From: Octopus bimaculoides
Lineage: Eukaryota
Direction: 5' to 3'
DNA length: 64,000 nucleotides
Assembly: GCF_001194135.2 (NCBI RefSeq)
Contig: NC_068992.1
Coordinates: 14,581,853-14,645,852, forward strand
Part shown: in pieces, positions 47,191 through 59,951 of the stretch
Layout: each line of letters begins with the position of its first letter
How positions within the stretch are numbered: position 1 is the stretch's first letter
The notes under the pieces: generated by a model
Databases searched by the model: none
Seen by the model: the letters and a program-made list of their open reading frames with translations, nothing else
What the model was told of the DNA's origin: nothing
Translations under genes and position numbers: made by a program

Positions 47191-50049
47191 CCTTCCTAAC
47201 TATATTTATATATAGTTTCAAAATTATCNNNNNNNNNNNNNNNNNNNNNNNNNNNNNNNNNNNNNNNNNNNNNNNNNNNNNNNNNNNNNNNNNNNNNNNN
47301 NNNNNNNNNNNNNNNNNNNNNNNNNNNNNNNNNNNNNNNNNNNNNNNNNNNNNNNNNNNNNNNNNNNNNNNNNNNNNNNNNNNNNNNNNNNNNNNNNNNN
47401 NNNNNNNNNNNNNNNNNNNNNNNNNNNNNNNNNNNNNNNNNNNNNNNNNNNNNNNNNNNNNNNNNNNNNNNNNNNNNNNNNNNNNNNNNNNNNNNNNNNN
47501 NNNNNNNNNNNNNNNNNNNNNNNNNNNNNNNNNNNNNNNNNNNNNNNNNNNNNNNNNNNNNNNNNNNNNNNNNNNNNNNNNNNNNNNNNNNNNNNNNNNN
47601 NNNNNNNNNNNNNNNNNNNNNNNNNNNNNNNNNNNNNNNNNNNNNNNNNNNNNNNNNNNNNNNNNNNNNNNNNNNNNNNNNNNNNNNNNNNNNNNNNNNN
47701 NNNNNNNNNNNNNNNNNNNNNNNNNNNNNNNNNNNNNNNNNNNNNNNNNNNNNNNNNNNNNNNNNNNNNNNNNNNNNNNNNNNNNNNNNNNNNNNNNNNN
47801 NNNNNNNNNNNNNNNNNNNNNNNNNNNNNNNNNNNNNNNNNNNNNNNNNNNNNNNNNNNNNNNNNNNNNNNNNNNNNNNNNNNNNNNNNNNNNNNNNNNN
47901 NNNNNNNNNNNNNNNNNNNTATGGGCTGTAGCTTAGTTTACATTTATTAAATTCATTCTCAAGGCAATGGTTGGTGCCCAAATTGCTGGTAAGTGTGACT
48001 AAACCTGAAACCACGTGGTTGCAAAGGGAGCTTCTTAAACAAGCAACAATGCCTGCACTTGTTGCTGCTGCTGTTATCATTAAGTGATGTTTATTGTGAA
48101 GCTGTCAGGAGCCATTTTCTATTTTAATTGCTGTTATTTATATAATTTTAAAAATCTGGAGTGGCAGACATGGTACAGCATTTAGCTCAATCTCTGTGGT
48201 ATTTAGTCATATCCGTTTACATTCTAGGTTCAAATCCCACCGGGGTTGACTTTGTTGTTTTTTCTCTCATCCATCTGGAATTGATAAAGTAAGTGTTAGT
48301 CAAATAAAAGGGTTTTTCAATTGACTGTGCATCATCCCTTTTCCTTTGGAAAAAAAAAAGAAAAAAAGAAAACTCTGCTTTTGTGCCTGTCTGTGAAATT
48401 CATATCATACAAGCTGATTCAAAAGCCCCTTTAGCGTTCTAATACAATGTATCATTTACATGCTAAAGGGAGTTCTGAATCTCCTTTTATAATTAAGGAT
48501 TGGTTGAACTGACAAACATCTTGAACGTAATGTTTGTTTATTTTTATTCCATTTAGTAATGGGGATGGGGAGGGAGGAAAGCAACAAAATCCAGCAAAGA
48601 TTTTAATTGTTGCTAAAAGAAATTTTGTTGGGAGTTAATCAAGCACAAACATGGCTGTGTGGTTAAGAAGCTTGTTTTGCAACCACATGGTTTCAGGTTC
48701 AGTCCCATTGCACAGCACCTTGGACAAGTGTCTTCTGCTAGAGTCCTTGGCTAACCAATGCCTTATGGGTGAATTTGGTAGATGGAAATTGTGTCTAAGC
48801 ACCATCAGTGAAAACTCTGAAAAGGGTATGAGAAATTGCTTTATGACCAAACATTACTTGAGATACAGATCTAGAAATGTGCTGTCCTTGAGACCACTCC
48901 TGGTTTTATAATATAAGCTTCCAGTTTCAAAGTGATCTAAATTAAACCCATTCATCAGAACTTCATATTAATTCATGTTTCACACACAACAGAAATATGG
49001 TAACAAAAGGGTTAAAGTGATTTCAATTGAAATCATCCATCAAAATTTCATGTTTATTTATGTTTCAAACATCCGCTCAAAAACCCCTTCTACCATGGGC
49101 ATAAAACCTGAAATTTTGGTGAAGTGAGGGTGAGGACAGGGGCTAATTGATTACATTGACCCCAGTACTCAGCTGGTATTTATTTTTTATCAACCCCAAT
49201 TGTACGAAAGGCAAAGTAGACTTTGGTGACATTTGAACTTAGAGCTCACCAGATGAAATACTGCTAAGCATTTCGTCCAGCATGCTAACTATTTGGCCAG
49301 CATGCTAACTATTTCGTCCAGCATGCTAACTATTTAGCCAGTCCTTTGCCTTACACCTGCTTATTAGTAATCAAATTATTTTATTAAATTTTCTTTATTT
49401 TCAAAATAGTCTGTTTCAAAAGATATATGGCAACAAAACGGTTATAAAAACCTTCTTTATTACCACCTGTACTCTTCATTCTTTGTTAAACTCAGCCAAA
49501 CTGTATACTAAACTCTTTTCTATTAAAATTCTCCATGCTGCTTCGTAATGGTCATTTTATAAAAATCATGTGCTGAATTATTATTATTTTTTTTTCACAA
49601 AAAAAAAAAAGGACAAAAAACAAAATTCCTGTTTGTGGCATTTCGTGTCTACTGCTGATAGTTCCTGGTTGTGTTTTTTCTTCTGTTTTTGCTAACGCCT
49701 TTTTTTTTAATTCTAATTTTAGATTTTTAGGCTTGTCAGTTAAGGATGGAGAGTGATTGTCTGTGCTACATAAATTCTCATTAGTGAATTGAAATCAATT
49801 TTAGTTTATTGTCTTTAAATAGCATTACAACAGTCATAACAATGTGAAACAAAACAATAACCACAACAAAACTTGTTCTCTACATTGAGAAAAAAGAATG
49901 GCAAACAATAAAATAATAACAACATAATATTGATAATCGATATGTGCTTATTGAATTATCAAATTATAATAATGATAATGAATTCTTTTTTGTTTTTAAT
50001 TTTACGGTTTTAATTTCATATTTTTACTTTGTTCTACTTTTAATAATTA

Positions 50050-50650
50050 TGATAATAATTCTTTCTACCATATGCACAAAGCCTAATATTTTGGGGGAGG
50101 TGGCCAGTTGATCACACCAGTTTTAGTGCTTGACTAGGACTTGTGAAAGGATGTAAGGTAAAGTCAAGCCTGGTGGAATTTGAAGTCAGAATACAAAGAG
50201 CCTGGAGAAATGTCACAGAGTATTTCGTCCAACATGCTAATGATTCTGCCAGCTCACTGCCTTAATGATAATAATAATCCTTTCTGCTAAAGGCACAAGG
50301 CCTGAAATGAGGGAAGGGGACTGGTTGATTACATTGACCCCTGTGTTTCACTGGAACTTAATTTATTGGCCCCAAAAGGATGAAAGGCAAAGTTAACCTC
50401 AGCGGATTTTGGTATATGGCAACAAAAGGGTTATAAAAACCTTCTTTATTACCACCTGTACTCCTAATTCTTTGATAAACTCTGCCAAACTGTATACTAA
50501 ACTCTTTTCTATTAAAATTCTCCATGCTGCTTCGTAATGGTCATTTTAGAAAAGTTGTGTGCGGAATTTGAACTCAGAACGTAGTGACAGGTGAAATACC
50601 ACTAAGCATTATATCTAGTGTACCAACGATTCTGCCAGCTCGCTGCCTTA

Positions 50651-50688
<38 letters not shown>

Positions 50689-50870
50689 CATTTCTACTAG
50701 AGGCACAAGGCCTGGATTTTGTGGGGAGAAGGACGTTTGATCACATCGACCCCAGTACTACACTGGTACTTTATTTATTGTCCCTGAAAGTATGAAAGGC
50801 AAAGTCAACCTTGGCAGAATTTCAACTCAGACCGTAGTGGTTGACAAAATACAGCTAAGCATTTCGCCCA
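50050..50870 (-). mobile_element. Three head-to-tail SINE C copies separated by (AAT)n tails; the middle copy carries a foreign insert of about 148 bp
   Basis: Copies at about 50050-50265, 50275-50650 and 50690-50870. Confidence 0.85.
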
Positions 50871-51431
50871 GTCTGAGATTCGAAACTGCAAGTCTACAGC
50901 TATAACCACTAGGCAATGTGCCTCCACATCCAGAATAAGTACTGACAGAATAAGTACTAAGCTTATAAAGAATAACTCCTGGGGGTCGATTTGTCTGACT
51001 AAAGGCGGTGCTCCAGCATGGCCACAGTGAAATGACTGAAACAAGTAAAAGAATAAAAAAAATAAAAGAATACATGCGCACCAGCATGATCGCAGCCACT
51101 TGGCTGAAACACATAAATAAATAAATAAATAAATACATAGATACAGGGTGGGCCAGAGTTCATGACTTATTTGTTATATTTCTTAATATGCTTATTTTAT
51201 TATTATTGTATTGTTTAAATTTATTATTTTATTTCGGAATATGCATATTAATGAATATTAATATATTAATAAACATGACTGACAAGTGAGTCATGAGTTC
51301 TGTCCCACCCTATATATAATGTGTTTGTGTGTTCATGTTTGTGTTTATAACTCTCCCCCCCCCCTACTGCTCGGTAACTGGAGTACTAACTAAAAGGTTG
51401 TTGGTTCCTATAGTGTTCCGATGAACTAGGA

Positions 51432-51845
51432 CTCTTTTACTCTTTTACTTGTTTCAGTCTTTTGACTGTGGCCATGCTGGAGCACCGCCTTTAGTCGAGC
51501 AAATCGACCCCAGGACTTATTCTTTGGAAGCCTAGTACTTATTCTATCGGTCTCTTTTGCCGAACCGCTAAGTTACGGGGACGTAAACACACCAGCATCG
51601 GTTGTCAAGCGATGTTGGGGGGACAAACACAGACATACAAACACATACACACATACATACATATATATATACATAAATACGACAGGCTTCTTTCAGTTTC
51701 CGTCTACCAAATCCACTCACAAGGCTTTGGTCGGCCCGAGGCTATAGTAGAAGACACTTGCCCAAGATGCCACGCAGTGGGACTGAACCCGGGACCATGT
51801 GGTTGGTAAGCAAGCTACTTACCACACAGCCACTCCTACGCCTAC
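51432..51845 (-). mobile_element. SINE B, full length, CpG-intact (young)
   Basis: Complete head, CORE-like region, microsatellite and (CTTTTACT) tail. Confidence 0.92.
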
Positions 51846-52126
51846 CTACTGAAGTACTGAATCATAGCAACTCTATGTCTGTATCAAATAAAGCTGATCT
51901 CCATGAGGTCCTTCCTTCCTTCCTTTCCTTGTTTATTTCGTAAGTGCCATTACAACCAGGGTTAAGATCTGGGTTAGATGAGTCTTTGACATGGTTTTAA
52001 TTCCCATTTAGCTTTTCATAAAACATTACAAACATCCTATGCATCCATTTGTAAGTTAACAACCCCGAAAGGGATGGGCTGTGATAGTATCGTTTACCTT
52101 TTGCTAAACTACATAACAATGAATAC

Positions 52127-52419
52127 TTCACTGGTGCTCCAGTTCTTGACTAAATATTTATTATATGACATAGTTACTGTAGAAGTGGGTTTTTTTTTTA
52201 ATGCTTGTAGTTCTTACTACTGTTTGTTAGCGTCTAGGAGAGAGCACTTTACCCCTATCAAGCAGGTAATCCTGGGTTTACGAGATTCCTTGATTAAACC
52301 TAGGTGGTTGTCCTCGCTTCACTGGTGCCCCAGTTCTTAACTAAAGATTATATGACATAGTTACTGCAGAAGTGGGTGTTTTTTTTTAATGCTTGTAGTT
52401 GCTATTACTGGTTGTTAGC
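52127..52419. repeat. Tandem duplication of about 190 bp running into an N gap
   Basis: TTCACTGGTGC..CAGTTCTT..CTAAA...ATATGACATAGTTACTG.AGAAGTGGG occurs at about 52127 and about 52318. Confidence 0.8.
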
Positions 52420-52846
52420 NNNNNNNNNNNNNNNNNNNNNNNNNNNNNNNNNNNNNNNNNNNNNNNNNNNNNNNNNNNNNNNNNNNNNNNNNNNNNNNNN
52501 NNNNNNNNNNNNNNNNNNNNNNNNNNNNNNNNNNNNNNNNNNNNNNNNNNNNNNNNNNNNNNNNNNNNNNNNNNNNNNNNNNNNNNNNNNNNNNNNNNNN
52601 NNNNNNNNNNNNNNNNNNNNNNNNNNNNNNNNNNNNNNNNNNNNNNNNNNNNNNNNNNNNNNNNNNNNNNNNNNNNNNNNNNNNNNNNNNNNNNNNNNNN
52701 NNNNNNNNNNNNNNNNNNNNNNNNNNNNNNNNNNNNNNNNNNNNNNNNNNNNNNNNNNNNNNNNNNNNNNNNNNNNNNNNNNNNNNNNNNNNNNNNNNNN
52801 NNNNNNNNNNNNNNNNNNNNNNNNNNNNNNNNNNNNNNNNNNNNNN

Positions 52847-53170
52847 GAGCAAATCGACCCCAGGACTTATTCTTTGTAAACCTAGTACTTATTCTATCGG
52901 TCTATTTTGCCGAACCGCTAAGTTACGAAGACGCAAACACACCACCATCGGTTGTCAAGCAATGGTGGGGGGACAAACACAGACACGCAAACACACATAC
53001 ATATATACGACGGGCTTCTTTCAGTTTCCGTCTACCAAATCCACTCACAAGGCATTGGTCGGCACGAGGCTATAGTAGAAGACACTTGCCCAAGGTGCCA
53101 CGCAGTGGGACTGAACCCGGAACCATGTGGTTGGTAAGCAAGCTACTTACCACACAGCCACTCCTGCACA
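52847..53170 (-). mobile_element. SINE B
   Basis: Near-identical to 51490-51840. Confidence 0.9.
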
Positions 53171-53244
53171 TTCAGATTATTATTCCGTCAAATGTATTGC
53201 TTATCTATTCACTTCGTTTTAAATTAATCATGCATTGTCTTTTG

Positions 53245-53572
53245 GGAGGCGTGTGCTTTAGTGGTTAGAGTATTCGCCTCATGATCATAAGGTAATGAGT
53301 TCAATTCCCTGCGACGCTTTGTGTCCTCAAGCAAGACATTTTATTTCATGTTGCTCCAGTCCACTCAGCTGGCAAAAATGAGTTGTACCTGTAATTCAAA
53401 AGGGACCAGCCTTGTCTCATTCTGTGTCATGCTGGATCTCCCTGAGAACTGCGTTAAGGGAATACATATCTGTGGAGTGCTCAGCCACTTGCATGTTAAT
53501 TTCATGAGCAGGCTGTTGTTCCGTTGATTGGATCAACTGGAAACCTCGTCATTGTAAATGATGGAGAGCCAG
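53245..53572 (+). mobile_element. tRNA SINE with CORE-like middle and family A tail
   Basis: Reverse complement of the 11360-11681 type. Confidence 0.85.
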
Positions 53573-53649
53573 TATTTACTAGCTTCAAGACTTCAGTTAT
53601 GTGTTTGTATAGTCTTAGAATGACATTGCTGGGTAGGTGTGAGTGGAGG

Positions 53650-53748
53650 GTGGGGGTCGATGAAATAAGTACCAATCGAATGCATGCGATGATGTAATCA
53701 ACGAAAACCTCTTCTAAAATTTTAAGCCTTGTGCCTTGAGTAGAAAAG

Positions 53749-53779
<31 letters not shown>

Positions 53780-54240
53780 GTACTATCATTGAAGAAGGCG
53801 GTGAACTGGCAGAATCATTAGTATACTGGACGAAATGCATAGTGGTATTTCATCAGTCCTTGTGTTCTGAGTTCAAATTCTGCCGAGGCCGACTTTGTCT
53901 TTCATCCTTTTGGGGGGTTGATAAATTAAGTACCAGTTGATTATCATGGTTGATGTAGTCGACTTAACTCCTCTGCCAAATTTCAGGCCTTGTGCCTATA
54001 GTAGAAAGGATTATTAAGACGGTGAGCTGGCAGAGTCATTACTGTACTGGACAAAATGCATAGCAATGCTTTACTCGTTCTTACGTTCTGAGTTCAACTT
54101 CTGCCAAGGTCGACTTTGCCTTTCATCTTTTCAGAGGTTGATAAATTAAGTACCAGTGAAACACTGGGGTTGATGTAATTGACTGGTCCCCTCCCCCAAA
54201 ATTTCAGGCCTTGTGCCTCAATAGAAAGGATTACTATTAT
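53650..54240 (+). mobile_element. Three head-to-tail SINE C copies with (ATT)n tails
   Basis: About 53650-53780, 53795-54015 and 54016-54240. Each ends GCCTTGTGCC..TAGAAA(A/G)GATTA. Confidence 0.85.
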
Positions 54241-54545
54241 TATAATTTACTACTCAGAGTTCTTGGTCTTACTTGCTCTGGTTGGTTTCACGAAAGTGGA
54301 CAACAACCTGTTGTCAGAAGTCTCACAGGGTCTCTTTCTGCAAACTGTAGGCTTTGGTACTTGGATATTAACTTATCCAGGAAGACACTCAACACCCAAG
54401 TACCAATTTCAAGATCCTACCTGTCCTCAAATAGAGCAGATTTTTTGGGGTCAGCTTTGCCCTCATGTCAATTTATCCAACATATTTCTCAAACTTGATT
54501 GTTAGTGCTCTGAGTGCTCCTACAACTGTTTGAATAACAGTTACT
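54230..54545 (-). mobile_element. Second R4/Dong-like 3' fragment
   Basis: VTVIQTVVGALRAL...KNLLYLRTGRILKLVLGC* matches the C-terminus pattern of 26237-26420. It ends in an (AAT)n-like tract. Confidence 0.6.
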
Positions 54546-54914
54546 CTTGGCTTGTACAGAGATATAATTAACTTAAGCCCTCACCAATTTTCTACCCTTC
54601 AACTCATCATCATCACCATCATCATCATTATCATCATGTGCTGTGTGGGAACTGGCATGTTACAGAATGGATCCAGTGTTTCCCCCTCTGTATGTTCTAA
54701 AAAAAAAATAAGGTAAAAATGGTTGAGGTAGAATTTGCATTCCGACCTTGTAAAACCCTCACCAGCAACAACGACGACCCCCAAAATAGACCCATGGGTT
54801 GGAAGGTTGTTGCCTGAGTGGTGCAAAGGTGTCCCCTGTCAGGAGTAGCGAATCACCAATGAATAGTGGATGCAGTGATGCACTGTTACAGCCCATGCCC
54901 ACCTACTATTGGTG

Positions 54915-54947
<33 letters not shown>

Positions 54948-55319
54948 TCATCGTCACTCTAACCATTATCATTGTCATCATCACATCCACCACCACCATA
55001 ATCATTGTCTTCATCGTCACGATCATCATTGCCGGCGTACACATCATCATCATCATCACAGTCAAACATCAAATGAAAATGCCAGTTCTGTTTATCTACA
55101 AAATTATACTTAATTTATTTAACTTTTAAAGTATTTAGGCAGATCTATTACATTCAGAGTTGTATGTATATGTGAATATATGTGTCTATATGTCTGTCTG
55201 TGTCTGTCTATGTATGACTGTATGTACATATATATGTATGTGTGTATGTATGTATGTATGTATGTATGTAACTCAGTGATATTAAATTTATTTGTATGTG
55301 TGTTTAGGTAGTGGGTAGC

Positions 55320-55739
55320 GCTTTTCTTCACTACTTCAGCGAGTGACAACCCTGCCTGACATGAGTCCCAGGCTCAGCTGGCTCCAGCTGACAGTGCTTG
55401 GCATAGGCCCCTATCCGGGGTTACGGAAAGGAGACAACCTTCAAAGAAATCCTGAGTGGAGCCCCGTAGGCGGTTTAGTGTTCGACTCGACACTCTTCCG
55501 GCAGCTCCTGCAACCGAGCTGGTGCCAAACGTAATGCTCTGCACTCCTTTGAACTACGTCAGCAAGGTCGAGAGAGGAATCCTGATGATTGGGCTATCCA
55601 GGATTTTCTTACATCTAGCCCAGACCTGCTCAAAACTGGACAGGAAACTGGAGAGGACATGAAATGTAAAAACCAGACTGGATTAATTTATGCGCAACTC
55701 CATTGTCTCCCGAGACAATAGGATGTCAACAACAACAAT
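55320..55739 (+). mobile_element. GC-rich unclassified retroposon-like element with a 3' stem-loop and (CAA)n tail
   Basis: About 420 bp, CpG-rich. Hairpin ATTGTCTC-CC-GAGACAAT at 55702-55719, then CAACAACAACAA. I see no tRNA boxes. Confidence 0.5.
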
Positions 55740-55955
55740 GTGTGTGTATATGTGTGTATGTTTGTATATATATGTATGTATGTATGTATATATCTATCTA
55801 TATATATGTATGTATGTTTTAATTGGTATGTAATGTTTATTTAATAGCTGTGTTTAATGGTTATATAGTGGCTGCTTTAATATCACACAAGAGTGTCTTT
55901 TCAGTTTCCCTCACTGACATTTTTACAGCTATCACCCTAAATTACCACGGAAACT

Positions 55956-55993
<38 letters not shown>

Positions 55994-56012
55994 GTTCATG
56001 TGTGGGAGGGAA

Positions 56013-56049
<37 letters not shown>

Positions 56050-57118
56050 TATGTTCATAATATATGTTTGTATGTATTGCATTTTGTGTCTTTATCAGAG
56101 NNNNNNNNNNNNNNNNNNNNNNNNNNNNNNNNNNNNNNNNNNNNNNNNNNNNNNNNNNNNNNNNNNNNNNNNNNNNNNNNNNNNNNNNNNNNNNNNNNNN
56201 NNNNNNNNNNNNNNNNNNNNNNNNNNNNNNNNNNNNNNNNNNNNNNNNNNNNNNNNNNNNNNNNNNNNNNNNNNNNNNNNNNNNNNNNNNNNNNNNNNNN
56301 NNNNNNNNNNNNNNNNNNNNNNNNNNNNNNNNNNNNNNNNNNNNNNNNNNNNNNNNNNNNNNNNNNNNNNNNNNNNNNNNNNNNNNNNNNNNNNNNNNNN
56401 NNNNNNNNNNNNNNNNNNNNNNNNNNNNNNNNNNNNNNNNNNNNNNNNNNNNNNNNNNNNNNNNNNNNNNNNNNNNNNNNNNNNNNNNNNNNNNNNNNNN
56501 NNNNNNNNNNNNNNNNNNNNNNNNNNNNNNNNNNNNNNNNNNNNNNNNNNNNNNNNNNNNNNNNNNNNNNNNNNNNNNNNNNNNNNNNNNNNNNNNNNNN
56601 NNNNNNNNNNNNNNNNNNNNNNNNNNNNNNNNNNNNNNNNNNNNNNNNNNNNNNNNNNNNNNNNNNNNNNNNNNNNNNNNNNNNNNNNNNNNNNNNNNNN
56701 NNNNNNNNNNNNNNNNNNNNNNNNNNNNNNNNNNNNNNNNNNNNNNNNNNNNNNNNNNNNNNNNNNNNNNNNNNNNNNNNNNNNNNNNNNNNNNNNNNNN
56801 NNNNNNNNNNNNNNNNNNNNNNNNNNNNNNNNNNNNNNNNNNNNNNNNNNNNNNNNNNNNNNNNNNNNNNNNNNNNNNNNNNNNNNNNNNNNNNNNNNNN
56901 NNNNNNNNNNNNNNNNNNNNNNNNNNNNNNNNNNNNNNNNNNNNNNNNNNNNNNNNNNNNNNNNNNNNNNNNNNNNNNNNNNNNNNNNNNNNNNNNNNNN
57001 NNNNNNNNNNNNNNNNNNNNNNNNNNNNNNNNNNNNNNNNNNNNNNNNNNNNNNNNNNNNNNNNNNNNNNNNNNNNNNNNNNNNNNNNNNNNNNAATCTA
57101 TGTTTCTGATTAACCAAG

Positions 57119-57184
57119 GAATGGAAAATCAAATTGAAGGCCGATTATTGTGGAGGACGTTGCACTTTAATGATCATAGAACAT
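57119..57184 (+). other. Candidate 66-nt exon (or end of a first exon starting in the gap)
   Basis: Donor CAT|GTAAGT at 57185 and a weak acceptor CCAAG|G. Two frames are open (EWKIKLKADYCGGRCTLMIIEH and GMENQIEGRLLWRTLHFNDHRT). I recognise no homology. Confidence 0.25.
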
Positions 57185-57869
57185 GTAAGTTTGCAAACGA
57201 TGCAAAGTAGAGCTGCTGGGGTGTTCGGGGAGTAGATTACGGATAATGACTACAAAATATAGTTGTTTCACATGAAAGCGAAATTTCTTGTCAGAAACAG
57301 TCACATAAATGGTGTAATGAAATTGAAGGAAGACATTGAAACTTTCCCTCAGCATATTTATTTTTTTCAACAGCAAAGGGAGCTATTTTTTCAGAGAGAT
57401 AAGCCAACAAAAGCCCCTTTATTCTGTCTTCCCACATACCCTACGCATAAACTAACAGCGAATGCTGCATAAAGTTAAATTGGTATGGAGCTTTCTGAAA
57501 GATACGTATAGCTTTCGCTAGTGGAAGCAAAACTCTTATTTAAAGGTTGATTCTTTGGAACAAATCATATGTGATTGTTTCAAAATGGCTAGAACTTCAA
57601 TGTTAAAACATATTTAAAACAATGGACAAGAGTCGAAATATCATAATGAATGGGTAAATAAGCATCCTTAAAGTGAAACAACGCGTTGGTAGGTAAGCCA
57701 ATGTATTAACAAATAGAAGAGAGGAAAGGGAACATCACCTTTCAAGTAATTCAGAATAGGTAAAGGTAAGCTTGCCAAAGTTTAATGCTGTTTAAATATG
57801 GAGATTAAGATTGTTTGGTATTAGATATTCCTCATGTAGTGTTCCTAGTCAATTTAATCACTGTGGCAG

Positions 57870-58290
57870 GTGGACAATTGAAATAAATAGACAAAATGTA
57901 ATCCTTTTATATCCCCTATTTTGATCTGATCATGCATTATCTTGTAGCTTTGAGATTTTGATTATGTCATAGTTTATTTTTAGAATGACATTGTAGGGTG
58001 GGTGTGTGAAGCTGGATCCAGCTGGTTTGAACGTTAAACAAATAGGATATTTGGGCTTCATGTGGCTGGTTTACCCTTTGACATTCAGATAAATCCATGA
58101 AATACAATGCTTATTTATTCACCTTGTTTTAAGTTAATCCTGCATTATCTCATAGCCTCGAGATTTTGGTGATGTGATTTGTTTATTTTTAAAATGACAT
58201 TGTGGGGTGTGCGTGAAAAGCCAGATCTGGCTGATATGAACATTAAACACGTAGGATATTTGGGGCTGGTTCAAATACACAAGGGTCAAA
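57870..58290 (+). mobile_element. Two tandem copies of a piggyBac-like MITE
   Basis: Duplicated TGCATTATCT..TAGC...GAGATTTTG...AATGACATTGT.GGG. The second copy starts CCCTTT (about 58074) and ends AAGGGTCAA. Confidence 0.55.
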
Positions 58291-58679
58291 TTCAAGGATT
58301 GTATCAACTGACTGGTCTTCCCCACTGATATTACTGGTAATTATGTTATCAATCCTTGCAAGATTAAGTGAACAAAGAAATTTCTGAATACTGTTAGAAA
58401 TAGCAGCCAAATTTTCCTTAAACTACACCTTATCATCTTAAAAAAAAAAGGACACATTGGACGGATAATATATAAAAAAAATTGGGTTAGTCACCAATCA
58501 ATGAGCCCTGAGTTGGTTAGAACTGGATTTTACATGGTTATGGATTGTAGGATTCCATGAAGCTGTGATGAAATCGGTCCAGACATAACATTGTTAATTG
58601 CATACTTCCTGCCACCTCTAAAAATCTGTAGCCCTGTACTGAACATAGAAGTAATTAGTATTAATTAGTGTTGTTATAA

Positions 58680-58844
<165 letters not shown>

Positions 58845-59643
58845 AAACCATTGGTTGTTATGTCTTCTGCCTGTGTTCTGGACTGGTTTATTGTTGTTGT
58901 TATTTAACCTCAAATTAATCCAGATCACACGAATTTATGATCAAAAGCATTCCAACTATGACCATCCTGTCTTTTCATGTTTCTACAATGACATTATTTG
59001 ATGTGCCTTCTTTATTTTTTATTTTTAAGATGATAGCGTTAAGGTTAGGGTTAGGTGTGATTTCTGGGTAGCAGACTGGAAGAGTCATTAGAGTGTAGGA
59101 CAAAATTTCTTGTGAAGTCTGACCTGGCTCTCGTCACTTTGAGTTCAGACTCCTCTGAGGTCAACATAGCCTTTTATCCTTTTGAAGCTTTTAGATAAAG
59201 TACCAGCTCGATGTTTGCACAATACACTCTTCCACCAGTTGCTGTACACTGGATTTTCTGCTAGGTCAAAGACGGGAGGGATGAAAGGCTGTCTGTGTTT
59301 GCTCATAATTACATAGGCACCTAAAACAATTATCAGAAATATGTTATGTAATATCAACTCATACATGATTGTAGTTGACAGCTGCAGCTTTTAGGACATG
59401 AGCTGAGGGAGAGCAATATGGATACTATTCTTGTCATTCATGTGACCACTCAGAGGCTCTGTTATTGACTTGCTATGTTTCATTTCTTTGAGGTATCCAG
59501 TATCAGAATTGCTACATAAACATTTGATAATGTTATCTGATATTATCTTGAGGGAAGGGTTTAGATTTATTTCTAGTCTGCTTAATGCCAAGAAACTGCT
59601 GCTCTTCTCCGGCCCATTATAGTGACTTTAAAGTTAAACACAT

Positions 59644-59951
59644 GTGGAGGCGCAATGGCCCAGTGGTTAGGGCAGCGGACTCGCGGTCATAGGATCATGG
59701 TTTCGATTCCCAGACCGGGCGTTGTGAGTGTTTATTGAGCAAAAACACCTAAAGCTCCACAAGGCTCCGTCAAGGGATGGTGGCGAACCCTGCTGTACTC
59801 CTTCACCACAACTTTCTCTCACTCTTACTTCCTGTTTCTGTTGTGCCTGTAATTCAAAGGGTCAGCCTTGTCGCACTGTGTCACGCTGAATATCCCTGAG
59901 AACTACGTTAAGGGTACACGTGTCTGTGGAGTGCTCAGCCACTTGCACGTT
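59644..59951 (+). mobile_element. SINE family A, cut by an N gap
   Basis: Matches 2938-3250. Confidence 0.92.

Noticed and set aside
55583-55660. CTGATGA followed by a TGGGCT/AGCCCA stem
   Set aside because: GAAAC is about 20 nt beyond the stem, and stems I and III do not form, so it is not a hammerhead.
59038-59056. GGTTAGGGTTAGG telomere-like motif
   Set aside because: Only two units, within a family E repeat copy.
59100-59630. Minus-strand ORFs 59145-59366 and 59391-59591
   Set aside because: No recognisable domain or splice signals. Probably an old repeat.
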